Below, piece by piece: positions 11,163 through 19,513 of a stretch of DNA of 55,976 nucleotides; the first letter of the stretch is position 1; each line of letters begins with the position of its first letter. This DNA is from an uncultured Ardenticatenaceae bacterium (lineage in GTDB: Bacteria > Chloroflexota > Anaerolineae > Promineifilales > Promineifilaceae), in NCBI GenBank assembly GCA_964654505.1, contig CAZZJN010000001.1:31195-87170 (forward strand). The letters are read 5' to 3'. The notes beneath the pieces were generated by a model that did no database searches, was not told the origin of the DNA, and saw only the letters and a program-made list of their open reading frames with translations. A program made the position numbers and the translations under genes.

Positions 11163-11738
11163 TTAGCGGGTGGCCATCCATTGGTCGACCAGGTCATCGA
11201 TCTGAGCCGCCCGCCAGTCGTCAAATGCGTCGATCGCGTTTTTCATGAAGCCTTCAGCGATTTCCTCGACCCGCCCCAACGATATGCTCTGGGCGATACG
11301 GTCGACGACGCGCTTGGGCATCATGCGCAAACCGCGCGGCCGCGGTAGTTTGGATTGAAACTGGAAGTGGTAATCGATACCCGTCCCGTCTTCCTCCGGT
11401 ATCAGCCGGGCCGAGCTGGAGTAATAGCCATAGCCGGTCGTGGCGTTCAGCGTGGCCGACGACTCGACCCACTCGCAATCTTCCAGTGGCGCGATGATGA
11501 TCTCCTGTTTCTCGATATCGGTGGTGCTCTTCAGGTCGCAATAGATATTGATCGTGTACGCGCCCAACTCGACAGTCTGATAACGGATGCGAACCTTATC
11601 TTCGTCATAGGTATCGATGACACTGATATGGGGCAGCAAATAGGTCACCCGACTCAGATTACTAAAGTAAATGAGAGTCGTGACAGGATCGGCCGGAAAA
11701 TGAAAGCGACGCTGTATGGTACCGTTGAGCGTGATCAT
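11163..11738 (-). CDS. DUF1997-like/SRPBCC-superfamily hypothetical protein
   Basis: START/SRPBCC-like layout ending LPRPRGLRMMPKRVVDRIA; start assigned to MITLNG. Confidence 0.55.
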   Translation of the reverse strand: MITLNGTIQRRFHFPADPVTTLIYFSNLSRVTYLLPHISVIDTYDEDKVRIRYQTVELGAYTINIYCDLKSTTDIEKQEIIIAPLEDCEWVESSATLNATTGYGYYSSSARLIPEEDGTGIDYHFQFQSKLPRPRGLRMMPKRVVDRIAQSISLGRVEEIAEGFMKNAIDAFDDWRAAQIDDLVDQWMATR

Positions 11739-11795
11739 CTGACGATACGATAGTATGGCAATAGGTATCGAGCCGAATGCAGGATGTGGCAACGA

Positions 11796-12368
11796 CTAGG
11801 ATTGTGGCCCCCCGGCCTCCCCCTGCGCAATCACGTCATCCAGTTTTATCGACAATGCCTCAAGCTGGGCGTAGACGCGCTCCAGCTCATCCCGGGTCGG
11901 CACACCGCGATCCGACAACAATTTCTCCAGTTCCGCCTGGCCGGGAGCCGTGGCTTCCGGTGGAGAAAAAATAGGCGATAGTAGTTTTTCCCGCAGCCGG
12001 GCGCCTTCTTCCCGGGCCAGATCCCCCTTGGTGATCAGTAGTTGAACCCGCCGGTCGATCTCTTCGTCCACATGACGCCAGAGGTCCAATGGTAAATTAA
12101 GCCCGCGACGCAAGTTCCCGATCGTGTCGCCCCCGGCTCGCACCAGGTTGGTCAGGACGGATTTGGGCAAGAAGCCCTTCTGCTGCTTCTCTTGCTCGAA
12201 GATAATCTGGGTCAGGACAACGGCCGTCAGATCTTCATCCGTGGCGTGGTCCATCACCACAACCTCGCCACCGGCGCGGATGATGGCGGCGATCTCGTTC
12301 AGGGTGATATATCGTTTGGCATCTGTATCGTAGAGCTTTCGATTGGGATATCTTTTGATAACAGGCAT
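11796..12368 (-). CDS. phaR: PHA synthesis regulator PhaR-type DNA-binding domain fused to a phasin-like domain
   Basis: IKRYPNRKLYDT..KRYITL..I...IR.G..V.V.D..T.EDLT..VL.QIIFEQEK; the C-terminal half resembles the adjacent phasin. Confidence 0.85.
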   Translation of the reverse strand: MPVIKRYPNRKLYDTDAKRYITLNEIAAIIRAGGEVVVMDHATDEDLTAVVLTQIIFEQEKQQKGFLPKSVLTNLVRAGGDTIGNLRRGLNLPLDLWRHVDEEIDRRVQLLITKGDLAREEGARLREKLLSPIFSPPEATAPGQAELEKLLSDRGVPTRDELERVYAQLEALSIKLDDVIAQGEAGGPQS

Positions 12369-12460
12369 AGGATAGGTCCGGTTTACCGATCGGGCGATAG
12401 CCCATTATATGTTTGATAATCAGAGATGCCAAAACCAGCGACGGCCCAACGGGCCGGATA

Positions 12461-12835
12461 TCAACGCTTGTGATTGAGTTGATCCATCTTGTGGCTCAAC
12501 TCGGTGATTTTTTCGCTTAACGCATCGATCTCGGTCGTCGTCGGAATATTCATTCGCGTCAGGATAGTCTCGATGCTCTTGTCGACGCTCTCCTCGGCTC
12601 TTTTTGCACCGCCCTGGACAATCTTCTTGCGCCGGTCGAATACATCGACGAGGAGGTTGCGGGCATCGCCGTCGGCGATCTCGCCGCGCTCCACCAGCTT
12701 GCCGACGAAGTCTTCAATCTGCTCCTGAGTGAGGGCAACGGCGCCGATAGCAGCCATGAGAACGCGCCGCAATCCACCGAGTAATGTGTTGGCCGATTCG
12801 GGCGTCTCTTCCGTAATTTCGATCTCATCCTTCAT
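12461..12835 (-). CDS. Phasin / poly(hydroxyalkanoate) granule-associated protein
   Basis: LMAAIGAVALTQEQIEDFVGKLVERGEI...MNIPT..EID.LS.KI.EL pattern typical of PhaF/PhaI-like phasins. Confidence 0.82.
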   Translation of the reverse strand: MKDEIEITEETPESANTLLGGLRRVLMAAIGAVALTQEQIEDFVGKLVERGEIADGDARNLLVDVFDRRKKIVQGGAKRAEESVDKSIETILTRMNIPTTTEIDALSEKITELSHKMDQLNHKR

Positions 12836-12884
12836 TAGGAATGCTCCTGTTCGGTTACGATTTAATTGACGGGCCGGAGGTGAT

Positions 12885-12901
12885 GCGCGTCGCTCATCGG
12901 C
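12885..12901 (+). repeat. 17-bp direct repeat, copy 1 (GCGCGTCGCTCATCGGC)
   Basis: Identical to 14405-14421. Confidence 0.85.
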
Positions 12902-12950
12902 GACAAAGTAAGCGCAGACGAACGCGCCATGACGCAGCGCATTATAAGGA

Positions 12951-12980
12951 ATAGTATCATATGGGGGTCGGGGATGTCAA
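12951..12980 (-). promoter_or_regulatory. Sigma70-type promoter for the phasin-phaR operon
   Basis: Minus strand reads TTGACA-N18-TACTAT with a TG extension. Confidence 0.55.
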
Positions 12981-13047
12981 ACAGCGAGGGGAGGGTTTCC
13001 TGATAACCAGCTACTCAACAATCAACTTGCCCTGTTTATCGCAATCG

Positions 13048-13077
13048 TTAACACTGCCGGTTGAGTTTCGCTATAAT
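13048..13077 (+). promoter_or_regulatory. Sigma70-type promoter for the HTH-SCP2 pair
   Basis: TTAACA-N18-TATAAT, then a GGAGG RBS before ATG 13111. Confidence 0.5.
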
Positions 13078-13110
13078 GGGACCATAGATCAAATGACCTA
13101 CGGAGGAACC

Positions 13111-13953
13111 ATGTCGGCAAACCAGACGCTATTGACGGACGAAACGCGCCCAGTAATCGAGAAGATCGCCGCCGCGCGACAGGACATCGAGGGCCAGCGA
13201 GCCTCAGCCCTGCTGGCTCTGGCCGATGGCCGGAGCCGGGCCGAGGCGGCCGCGGCCGTTGGGCTGACCGAAGGACAAGTCAACTACATCGTCCGCAAGT
13301 TCTCCGATCAAGGATTGGGCGCTTTCCCTTCGGCCGGACAATGGGCGAAAGACGCCGCGGGTGGCGCATCACGAGATGTCACCGACGCGGCAACAGAAGA
13401 TGCCGAACAACTCCGTGCGATGGTAGACGATTTGAACGCTCGCGTGGCCGAGCTTCAGCAACTGGTGGATGAGAAGCCGCGCGCCTACGACGCTCATTAT
13501 TCTCCGGCTCGCTTGCTGGCGATGGTGCGTGACAATATCCAGAAGCTGACACCCGAAATGCAGATGGATGTGCTGCGCAACTTGCAGGGGATGTCGGCCG
13601 AGGATCTGCTCGATCTGGAAACATGGAAGGGTCTGGCCTACATGATGACCTATTCGGCCAAGTTCCAGGCCGAACAAATGCGCGAGAAGGTGTCGGACAC
13701 GATCAACCAGGTCGTGCCCGAACCAATCCAGCCGGGCCGCCTGTGGCGGTTGGGCAAGTCGAGCCTGGATCGCGTCACCCCCGAATTCGCCAAGCAGATC
13801 TTGAGCACGTTTCAGGGAGCAACGCGCGAGGATTTGTTGGACCCCAATACCTGGAAGGGAGTGTGGTACATGATCACCTACTCGATCCAGTTCCAGGCCG
13901 AGCAATGGAAGCAACGACTGTCCGTGACCGAAGACTCCCAGACGCAGGAATAG
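13111..13953 (+). CDS. Hypothetical protein: N-terminal HTH, coiled coil, two tandem ~65-aa repeats
   Basis: RASALLALADGRSRAEAAAAVGLTEGQVNYIVRKF..QGL is HTH-like; repeats share TPE...QG...EDLLD..TWKG..YM.TYS..FQAEQ. Confidence 0.75.
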   Translation: MSANQTLLTDETRPVIEKIAAARQDIEGQRASALLALADGRSRAEAAAAVGLTEGQVNYIVRKFSDQGLGAFPSAGQWAKDAAGGASRDVTDAATEDAEQLRAMVDDLNARVAELQQLVDEKPRAYDAHYSPARLLAMVRDNIQKLTPEMQMDVLRNLQGMSAEDLLDLETWKGLAYMMTYSAKFQAEQMREKVSDTINQVVPEPIQPGRLWRLGKSSLDRVTPEFAKQILSTFQGATREDLLDPNTWKGVWYMITYSIQFQAEQWKQRLSVTEDSQTQE

Positions 13954-13968
13954 CGGTCGGGTAATATT

Positions 13969-14400
13969 ATGTCAATCTATACCAGCGATGCCCAACTCTA
14001 TTCCTGCCTTCAGGCTCTGTTCGGGATCATCCAGACGCATGATCCCAAGGCGGCCGATGCATTGCTGAAGGCATCGCTGGCGATCACCTTCAACTGCTCC
14101 ACACCCGAGGCGGCGGTCACGATCGATGCCCGTCGTGCGCCGGTTAAGTTCCTCTTTGGACAAGCCAACCTGAAGCCCACCATCGAGGTCGACCTGGCGG
14201 CCGATACGCTACATTGCCTGTTGCTGGGGGAGATACGGCTGACCAAAGCCATCGGCAGCGACCTGCTGAGCCTCAAGGGGCCGGTGTGGAAGACTCTGTC
14301 GCTGGCCGATATCTTCCACCACGCGCAGCGATTTTACCCCGACGTGCTGGCCGACAACGGTTTGCCGGCCAGTTGCCCCGATTCGCTTCGACCTCGTTAA
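13969..14400 (+). CDS. SCP2 sterol/lipid-binding domain protein
   Basis: Small alpha/beta protein with ADTLH.LLLGEI.L.KAI....L.LKGPVWK.LSL, an SCP2-like C-terminus. Confidence 0.65.
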   Translation: MSIYTSDAQLYSCLQALFGIIQTHDPKAADALLKASLAITFNCSTPEAAVTIDARRAPVKFLFGQANLKPTIEVDLAADTLHCLLLGEIRLTKAIGSDLLSLKGPVWKTLSLADIFHHAQRFYPDVLADNGLPASCPDSLRPR

Positions 14401-14404
14401 AGCG

Positions 14405-14421
14405 GCGCGTCGCTCATCGGC
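14405..14421 (+). repeat. 17-bp direct repeat, copy 2
   Basis: Identical to 12885-12901; starts 4 bp after the SCP2 stop codon. Confidence 0.85.
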
Positions 14422-14437
14422 CGCACGTCCGGCGGAT

Positions 14438-14466
14438 TTGCCCGAACAGTGACCCTCAAGTAAGAT
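14438..14466 (+). promoter_or_regulatory. Sigma70-type promoter for the polysaccharide cluster
   Basis: TTGCCC-N17-TAAGAT, followed by GGAGG RBS and ATG 14502. Confidence 0.45.
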
Positions 14467-14501
14467 CGTTGGGTTAGCTATTTCCAGCCTTGGGAGGCAT
14501 T

Positions 14502-15764
14502 ATGGACGAAACGATTGACCTCCGCCCCTATGTCGACGCGCTTGTTCGACGGTGGCGGGTCATTCTGGGAGCCGTCATCGCAAGCATACTCATCGCGACG
14601 CTCCTTCATTTTTCTTCATCAAATTATCGGGCGACCGCGCTGGTCGCGGCCTTTGAACCTGCCCAGCAACTCCAGTTCGATGAGCGTATTATCAGCTCGG
14701 TCAGACTGGAACCCTTTACTTCAGCCTATCCGGAGATAGCGACCAGCAATGATGTGTTATCGGCCGTGCTGGAGCGGGCGAAGGAGCTGTCGGGGGGAAC
14801 TATCGCCACCTTGCCGGAATTGCGGGATATCCTCAACGTGGAAAAAGGTGACGACTCACGATTGCTGCGCCTGTCCGTCAGATATGACAATCCGCAGGTG
14901 GCGGCCGAATTGGCCAATCTCTGGGCAACCACCTTTGTCAAAACTGTCGATGAAATCAATCTCGGCCGGAGCGGGCAAGTGGAGTTTTATGAGAATCTGC
15001 GGGCCGATACGATCGCCGAGTTGCAGGGGATCGAGCAAGCCCTGGTCGATTTTCAATCCGGCAATCGCACGGTCATCGTCGAGAACCAGCTATTCTCGCT
15101 GGGCCAACAGCAGGCCACCTATCTGGCCGATCAGCGGCGACTCAGGTTGCTGCTGGAGGATATCGAGGCGTTGAGCGCTCAGATAGAGGCCGGCTCCGGC
15201 GATACGATCACCTTCGCCGACCAGTTGACCGCCCTGACCTTGCAACAAAACGCCTACATCCACGAAACCCCCATCATCTCGCCAACCGTCGGCATCGCCC
15301 AATCCTCGTCTGCATCTGTCCAGTTGCAGGCCAACCCGGAGTTCAACCTGACCGCCGGCACGCGGTCGGAACAATTGGTCTTGCTCGGCGCTCTGGCCCA
15401 GTCGGTCGAGGCGCGCCTGGCGACGATCGACGTCAAACTACTGGAGCTTGAATCGAGCTTCTTCAGTTTGCAACGCGAGCAGCAATCCATCGCCAATCGC
15501 TACGATGAACTGATTCGCCAACGCGACGTAGCTGCGGAGACGGCCGTGATCCTGGCCCGCCGAATCGACGAAGTGCGAGTCCAGTCGCAGGACACCGGCA
15601 ACAGCTTGCGGATCGCCAGTCTGGCGGTCCCGCCAGTCAGGTATGATCGGTCGAGTCTGGTGGTTTCGGCGGCGGTGTTCGGGTTGCTGGGCTTCCTGAT
15701 AAGCGCCATGGCTGTGATCCTCCTGACGTGGTGGAAGTCATCCGGCAATCGCTCGGCCGCCTGA
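14502..15764 (+). CDS. Wzz/GumC-type polysaccharide co-polymerase (chain-length determinant)
   Basis: ETIDLRPYVDALVRRWRVI + TM, YRATA, P..AAELAN, long coiled coil, A.PP + C-terminal TM; no tyrosine kinase domain. Confidence 0.85.
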   Translation: MDETIDLRPYVDALVRRWRVILGAVIASILIATLLHFSSSNYRATALVAAFEPAQQLQFDERIISSVRLEPFTSAYPEIATSNDVLSAVLERAKELSGGTIATLPELRDILNVEKGDDSRLLRLSVRYDNPQVAAELANLWATTFVKTVDEINLGRSGQVEFYENLRADTIAELQGIEQALVDFQSGNRTVIVENQLFSLGQQQATYLADQRRLRLLLEDIEALSAQIEAGSGDTITFADQLTALTLQQNAYIHETPIISPTVGIAQSSSASVQLQANPEFNLTAGTRSEQLVLLGALAQSVEARLATIDVKLLELESSFFSLQREQQSIANRYDELIRQRDVAAETAVILARRIDEVRVQSQDTGNSLRIASLAVPPVRYDRSSLVVSAAVFGLLGFLISAMAVILLTWWKSSGNRSAA

Positions 15765-15768
15765 TCGA

Positions 15769-16779
15769 ATGGATACAAACGAACGCCAATCGGCGCATAA
15801 CAGGTTGATAGCCTGGGTCTTGATCCTGGCGCTCGCCGCAACTTTGCACCATGCCAGGGATATGTTCGCGCGCCTTTGGGTAAACACCGGTTATCTTCAG
15901 CTCAACCAGGCGCAGGCCTCCGGAGAGGACGCCTGGTTTGATAGCGCTCTGGCCAGTTTCGGCCGAGTCGGGGTTGACTCGGCCTCCGGGCAACGAGCCT
16001 GGCGCGGGCGCGGCCTGGCTTACTGGTTTCAATCCCGGTCGGACGAGGCGCTTGCTGTCTGGGAAGCTGTGCCCGGCATGAACACCGAACTTCGGTCGTG
16101 GGCGCATCATGCGGAACGGGCCCGTGATTACGCCGCTGTCCGGGACTGGTATCAGGCGGCCGTGCGAATTGACCCGGATAACGGAGACAACTGGTATCGA
16201 CTCGCCCAGGCATCGGCCCGGATGGGCGACGCCGGCGCGGCCGACCACTACTACCTTCGCGCGTTGTCGTCCCCCGAACGGGCCGAATTCGGCCGCAGCA
16301 ATATCCTGACAAGGCTGGGCGAACTGGGGAAACAAAAGGAATCGACCGACTGGACCGCCGTTCTGGAGCGTTTCGACGAAGCCATCGGGCAAGACGAATA
16401 CATCGACATGGCCGACTTCATCGCCTCCCGAATGGGCCGGGCCGAGGCGCTGGAAAAGCTGGGGCGACAGCGGGAGTCGCTGGATGAATATCTGTCGGTG
16501 GTTCGATATTCGCCCGATCTCTATTGGGCCAATGTCCATAGCGGCCGTCTGACCTGGTATGTGGAAAGGGACGCCGAGACGGCGACCGCCTTCCTGAGGA
16601 AGGCGATTGACATCGACGGCAAGCCGAAGTGGGCTTATGTCAGCCTCGGCCTGATCTACACCGAGTCAGGCAGGCCTGAACTGGCGATTCCCTTGTTCGA
16701 GAAAGTATTGACAATTGATCCGAACGATGTTCGGGCGCGAGAGCAACTCAACAAGCCGGCAGGTGACGATGAGCCTTGA
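15769..16779 (+). CDS. Tetratricopeptide repeat protein with N-terminal membrane anchor
   Basis: Hydrophobic N-terminus; TPR motifs such as YQAAVRIDPDNGDNWYRLA and AYVSLGLIY...AIPLFEKVLTIDP. Confidence 0.85.
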   Translation: MDTNERQSAHNRLIAWVLILALAATLHHARDMFARLWVNTGYLQLNQAQASGEDAWFDSALASFGRVGVDSASGQRAWRGRGLAYWFQSRSDEALAVWEAVPGMNTELRSWAHHAERARDYAAVRDWYQAAVRIDPDNGDNWYRLAQASARMGDAGAADHYYLRALSSPERAEFGRSNILTRLGELGKQKESTDWTAVLERFDEAIGQDEYIDMADFIASRMGRAEALEKLGRQRESLDEYLSVVRYSPDLYWANVHSGRLTWYVERDAETATAFLRKAIDIDGKPKWAYVSLGLIYTESGRPELAIPLFEKVLTIDPNDVRAREQLNKPAGDDEP

Positions 16780-18316
16780 TTCGAGTGTCGATCAGCCCAT
16801 CACAACTCCAACAGTTAATGGGACTGCGGACACCAGTATAAACCGCATGGCCACCGGCGCCTGGATCTCATTATTCGGCATCGGGCTGGGCCGCGGCCTT
16901 GAATTAGTCAAGCAGATCGCGCTGGCTCGGCTACTTGGGCCGGAAGCATTCGGGTTATATGCCATCGGCTGGAACCTGCTGCGCATCGTCGGCATCCTAG
17001 CCCCATCTGGCCTTCAAAATGGCGTCGTCCATTTCGGTATGCAATATTGGCGCAAGGACAACCCGGCACTTCGAAGCATCCTCACCCGCTCCGTGCTGCT
17101 GAGTTTCGCAATTGGATGGGGCATTACCGGTGTTCTTCTCATTCTTGCTCCCTGGATAACAGCGGGCTTGTTCAAGGAGCCGGAGTTCCTGCCGTTGTTC
17201 CGCATCTTTGCGCTTATGTTGCCGTTTATGGGCGCGCTTAGTGTCACCGCCAATGCCACACGCATCACAAAACGCATGATCTTTGCCATGGCGTCGGAAC
17301 AGGTTGGCCAGGGCACTCTCAATCTAATTCTGTTTATCGCGCTCTACCTGATAGGCTGGCATCTTCTAGGCGCAATCGTGGCAACAGTAGTTTCGTTTGC
17401 TGCCGCCTTCAGTCTGTCGCTCTACTTTCTGTGGCGACTATTCGCCCCGGTGTTCACGGAGCCCTCGAGGTCAGCTATTTCCACCCGAGCATTGCTCGCC
17501 TACTCGCTACCTACAGCACTAGCAAGCATGTTTGGGGTCATCATCAATCGCGTTGACCGCCTGTTCCTGGGATATTACTGGCCCTCTGAGGAGGTTGGCG
17601 TTTATCAGGCGGCAGCGCAACTCTCGGTAATCCTCGCCATGATTCTCAACGCATTCAACATGATCCTCATGCCGATGATCGCCGAGCAATATCACAAGCG
17701 CGACATGAAGCAATTGGAGGAGTTGTATCGGGTTAATACCAAATGGGGCATTTACTGCGTCGTGCCGGTGGCGCTGGTGATCTTTTTCGCCGCCGGAGAT
17801 GTGATGACCGTTCTGTTCGGCAGCCAATATACGCGCGGAGCCACAGCGCTATTAATTCTCACCGTGGGACAATTCATCAATATCGCCACGGGCGCAACAG
17901 GCATAATCCTTGTTATGACCGGCCGGCAAACAGCCTGGCTTCGGTTAAGCATGCTAATCGTGGTGGTCAACCTGACACTCAACCTGGCATTGATCCCGAC
18001 CTGGGGAATGAATGGTGCGGCAGTAGCAACATCGCTCACGGTGGGTGGATTATTCGCACTGGGGCTGATAGTTGTCCATCACATCCACCATATCTGGCCT
18101 TATGATCGTCGGTATCTGAAGGGAGTTATTGCCACGATCATTACGGCAGCTCTATTAGGTGGGGTACGCTTATTACATTTAGGCTCAACCCTCAACTTGC
18201 TGATGACAACCCTGGTGGCGGCAGGTAGCTTTTACGGCTTGCTGTTACTGCTGGGCCTCGACGCAGAGGATCGCACGTTCATTAAATCGATCCTTCGGCG
18301 AGTAGGAAAAAAATGA
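16769..18316 (+). CDS. Wzx-type flippase (polysaccharide exporter)
   Basis: Multi-TM protein with LARLLGPEAFGLY, DRLFLG...EVGVYQAA, LNLALIP.WG.NGAAVAT. Confidence 0.92.
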   Translation: MSLDSSVDQPITTPTVNGTADTSINRMATGAWISLFGIGLGRGLELVKQIALARLLGPEAFGLYAIGWNLLRIVGILAPSGLQNGVVHFGMQYWRKDNPALRSILTRSVLLSFAIGWGITGVLLILAPWITAGLFKEPEFLPLFRIFALMLPFMGALSVTANATRITKRMIFAMASEQVGQGTLNLILFIALYLIGWHLLGAIVATVVSFAAAFSLSLYFLWRLFAPVFTEPSRSAISTRALLAYSLPTALASMFGVIINRVDRLFLGYYWPSEEVGVYQAAAQLSVILAMILNAFNMILMPMIAEQYHKRDMKQLEELYRVNTKWGIYCVVPVALVIFFAAGDVMTVLFGSQYTRGATALLILTVGQFINIATGATGIILVMTGRQTAWLRLSMLIVVVNLTLNLALIPTWGMNGAAVATSLTVGGLFALGLIVVHHIHHIWPYDRRYLKGVIATIITAALLGGVRLLHLGSTLNLLMTTLVAAGSFYGLLLLLGLDAEDRTFIKSILRRVGKK

Positions 18317-19233
18317 TCGATATTCTTTATATTGCCGGAGCCGGCCGCAGCGGCAGCACCTTACTGGAGCGAATTCTGGGCCAAATGGATGGCGTCGTTA
18401 ACATCGGCGAATTACGGCACGTATGGCACCGCTCACCAACTTTACAACGATGTGGATGTGGCGAAATACTCAGCGAGTGCCCCTTCTGGAGAGAGGTGAT
18501 GGCGCAAACCGATTTTTCACTGACAGCTGAAGGGTTTGCGGATCTGTCCGCAACCCAGCATGAGGTGAGCCGACTTCGCTATGTTCCAGGCGTGCTCAAA
18601 AAACCGTTGACCGACGAAGAGTTCATGCGGAACCAACTCATCTATACCGGAACGTTACGCAAGATATATGCCGCTATTCACGATCTCACTGGTTGTCATA
18701 CCATCGTCGACGCTTCAAAAGATATCCCCACGCTTAATCTACTGCGTGGAATGACTGATTTGCGTCTGCGAGTGCTGCACCTGGTGCGCGACAGTCGGGC
18801 TGTGGCCTACTCCTGGACACGGGAAAAGAAGCAGGCCCATCACGTAGGCGAGATCGGCTATATGGATCGACATTCGCCACATCGCTCCGCTCTGGAGTGG
18901 CTCTATCGCAATCAGCTGACGGAAATGGCGAGTAATCGGGTCGATGGATATACCCGTGTGCGTTATGAGGAACTGATCGCCAACCCACTGGAAGTCATCG
19001 GGCGCGTTGCACACCTTATCGGGTTATCGGAACCTGATCTTGGTTTCATCAATGGCGTAGAGATAAATTTTTCCAAAGAAAACCATGCACTGGTCGGTAA
19101 TCCGATGCGCTTCCAGAAGGGATCTGTGCAGTTAAAAATGGATAACGTCTGGCAACATGAGTTCAGGAAAGCAGACAAAGCTATCGTAACGGCATTAACC
19201 TGGCCCATGTTGCGTCGCTATGGCTATCTGTGA
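18313..19233 (+). CDS. PAPS-dependent sulfotransferase
   Basis: 5'-PSB motif IAGAGRSGSTLL, 3'-PB motif HLVRDSRAVAYSW, VRYEELIANP; start overlaps the flippase stop. Confidence 0.9.
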   Translation: MIDILYIAGAGRSGSTLLERILGQMDGVVNIGELRHVWHRSPTLQRCGCGEILSECPFWREVMAQTDFSLTAEGFADLSATQHEVSRLRYVPGVLKKPLTDEEFMRNQLIYTGTLRKIYAAIHDLTGCHTIVDASKDIPTLNLLRGMTDLRLRVLHLVRDSRAVAYSWTREKKQAHHVGEIGYMDRHSPHRSALEWLYRNQLTEMASNRVDGYTRVRYEELIANPLEVIGRVAHLIGLSEPDLGFINGVEINFSKENHALVGNPMRFQKGSVQLKMDNVWQHEFRKADKAIVTALTWPMLRRYGYL

Positions 19234-19268
19234 GGTTAATATCCTCAATCGGCAATCTGACGATCCTG

Positions 19269-19416
19269 ATGAAAAGAACCAACATACTTATATCAACTAG
19301 CCGACCGGCAATTCAGGTAGCAGGATGAACAATGCTTGACTAATGAATTGGCTGGTCGTGGGCATCAAGCTTATCCAATATTAGACGCTGGTCAGGAATT
19401 GACCAAGGATCTATGA
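19269..19416 (+). pseudogene. Possible decayed glycosyltransferase N-terminus
   Basis: MKRTNILI...AG* then, in another frame, LTNELAGRGHQ, resembling the GT4 N-terminal 'LA.EL..RGH' motif. Confidence 0.3.
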
Positions 19417-19513
19417 ACCTGGTCGAGCTTGAGGACGTCCAATAGGATCAAGTTGGGTTGCAGCACCATCCCAGAAAAAACAAAAATACAGGTCTGTTAA
19501 GCAAAGTTAAGAA

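Noticed and set aside
13111-13330. IS630-like transposase
   Set aside because: Only the HTH resembles it; no DDE domain or terminal inverted repeats were seen.
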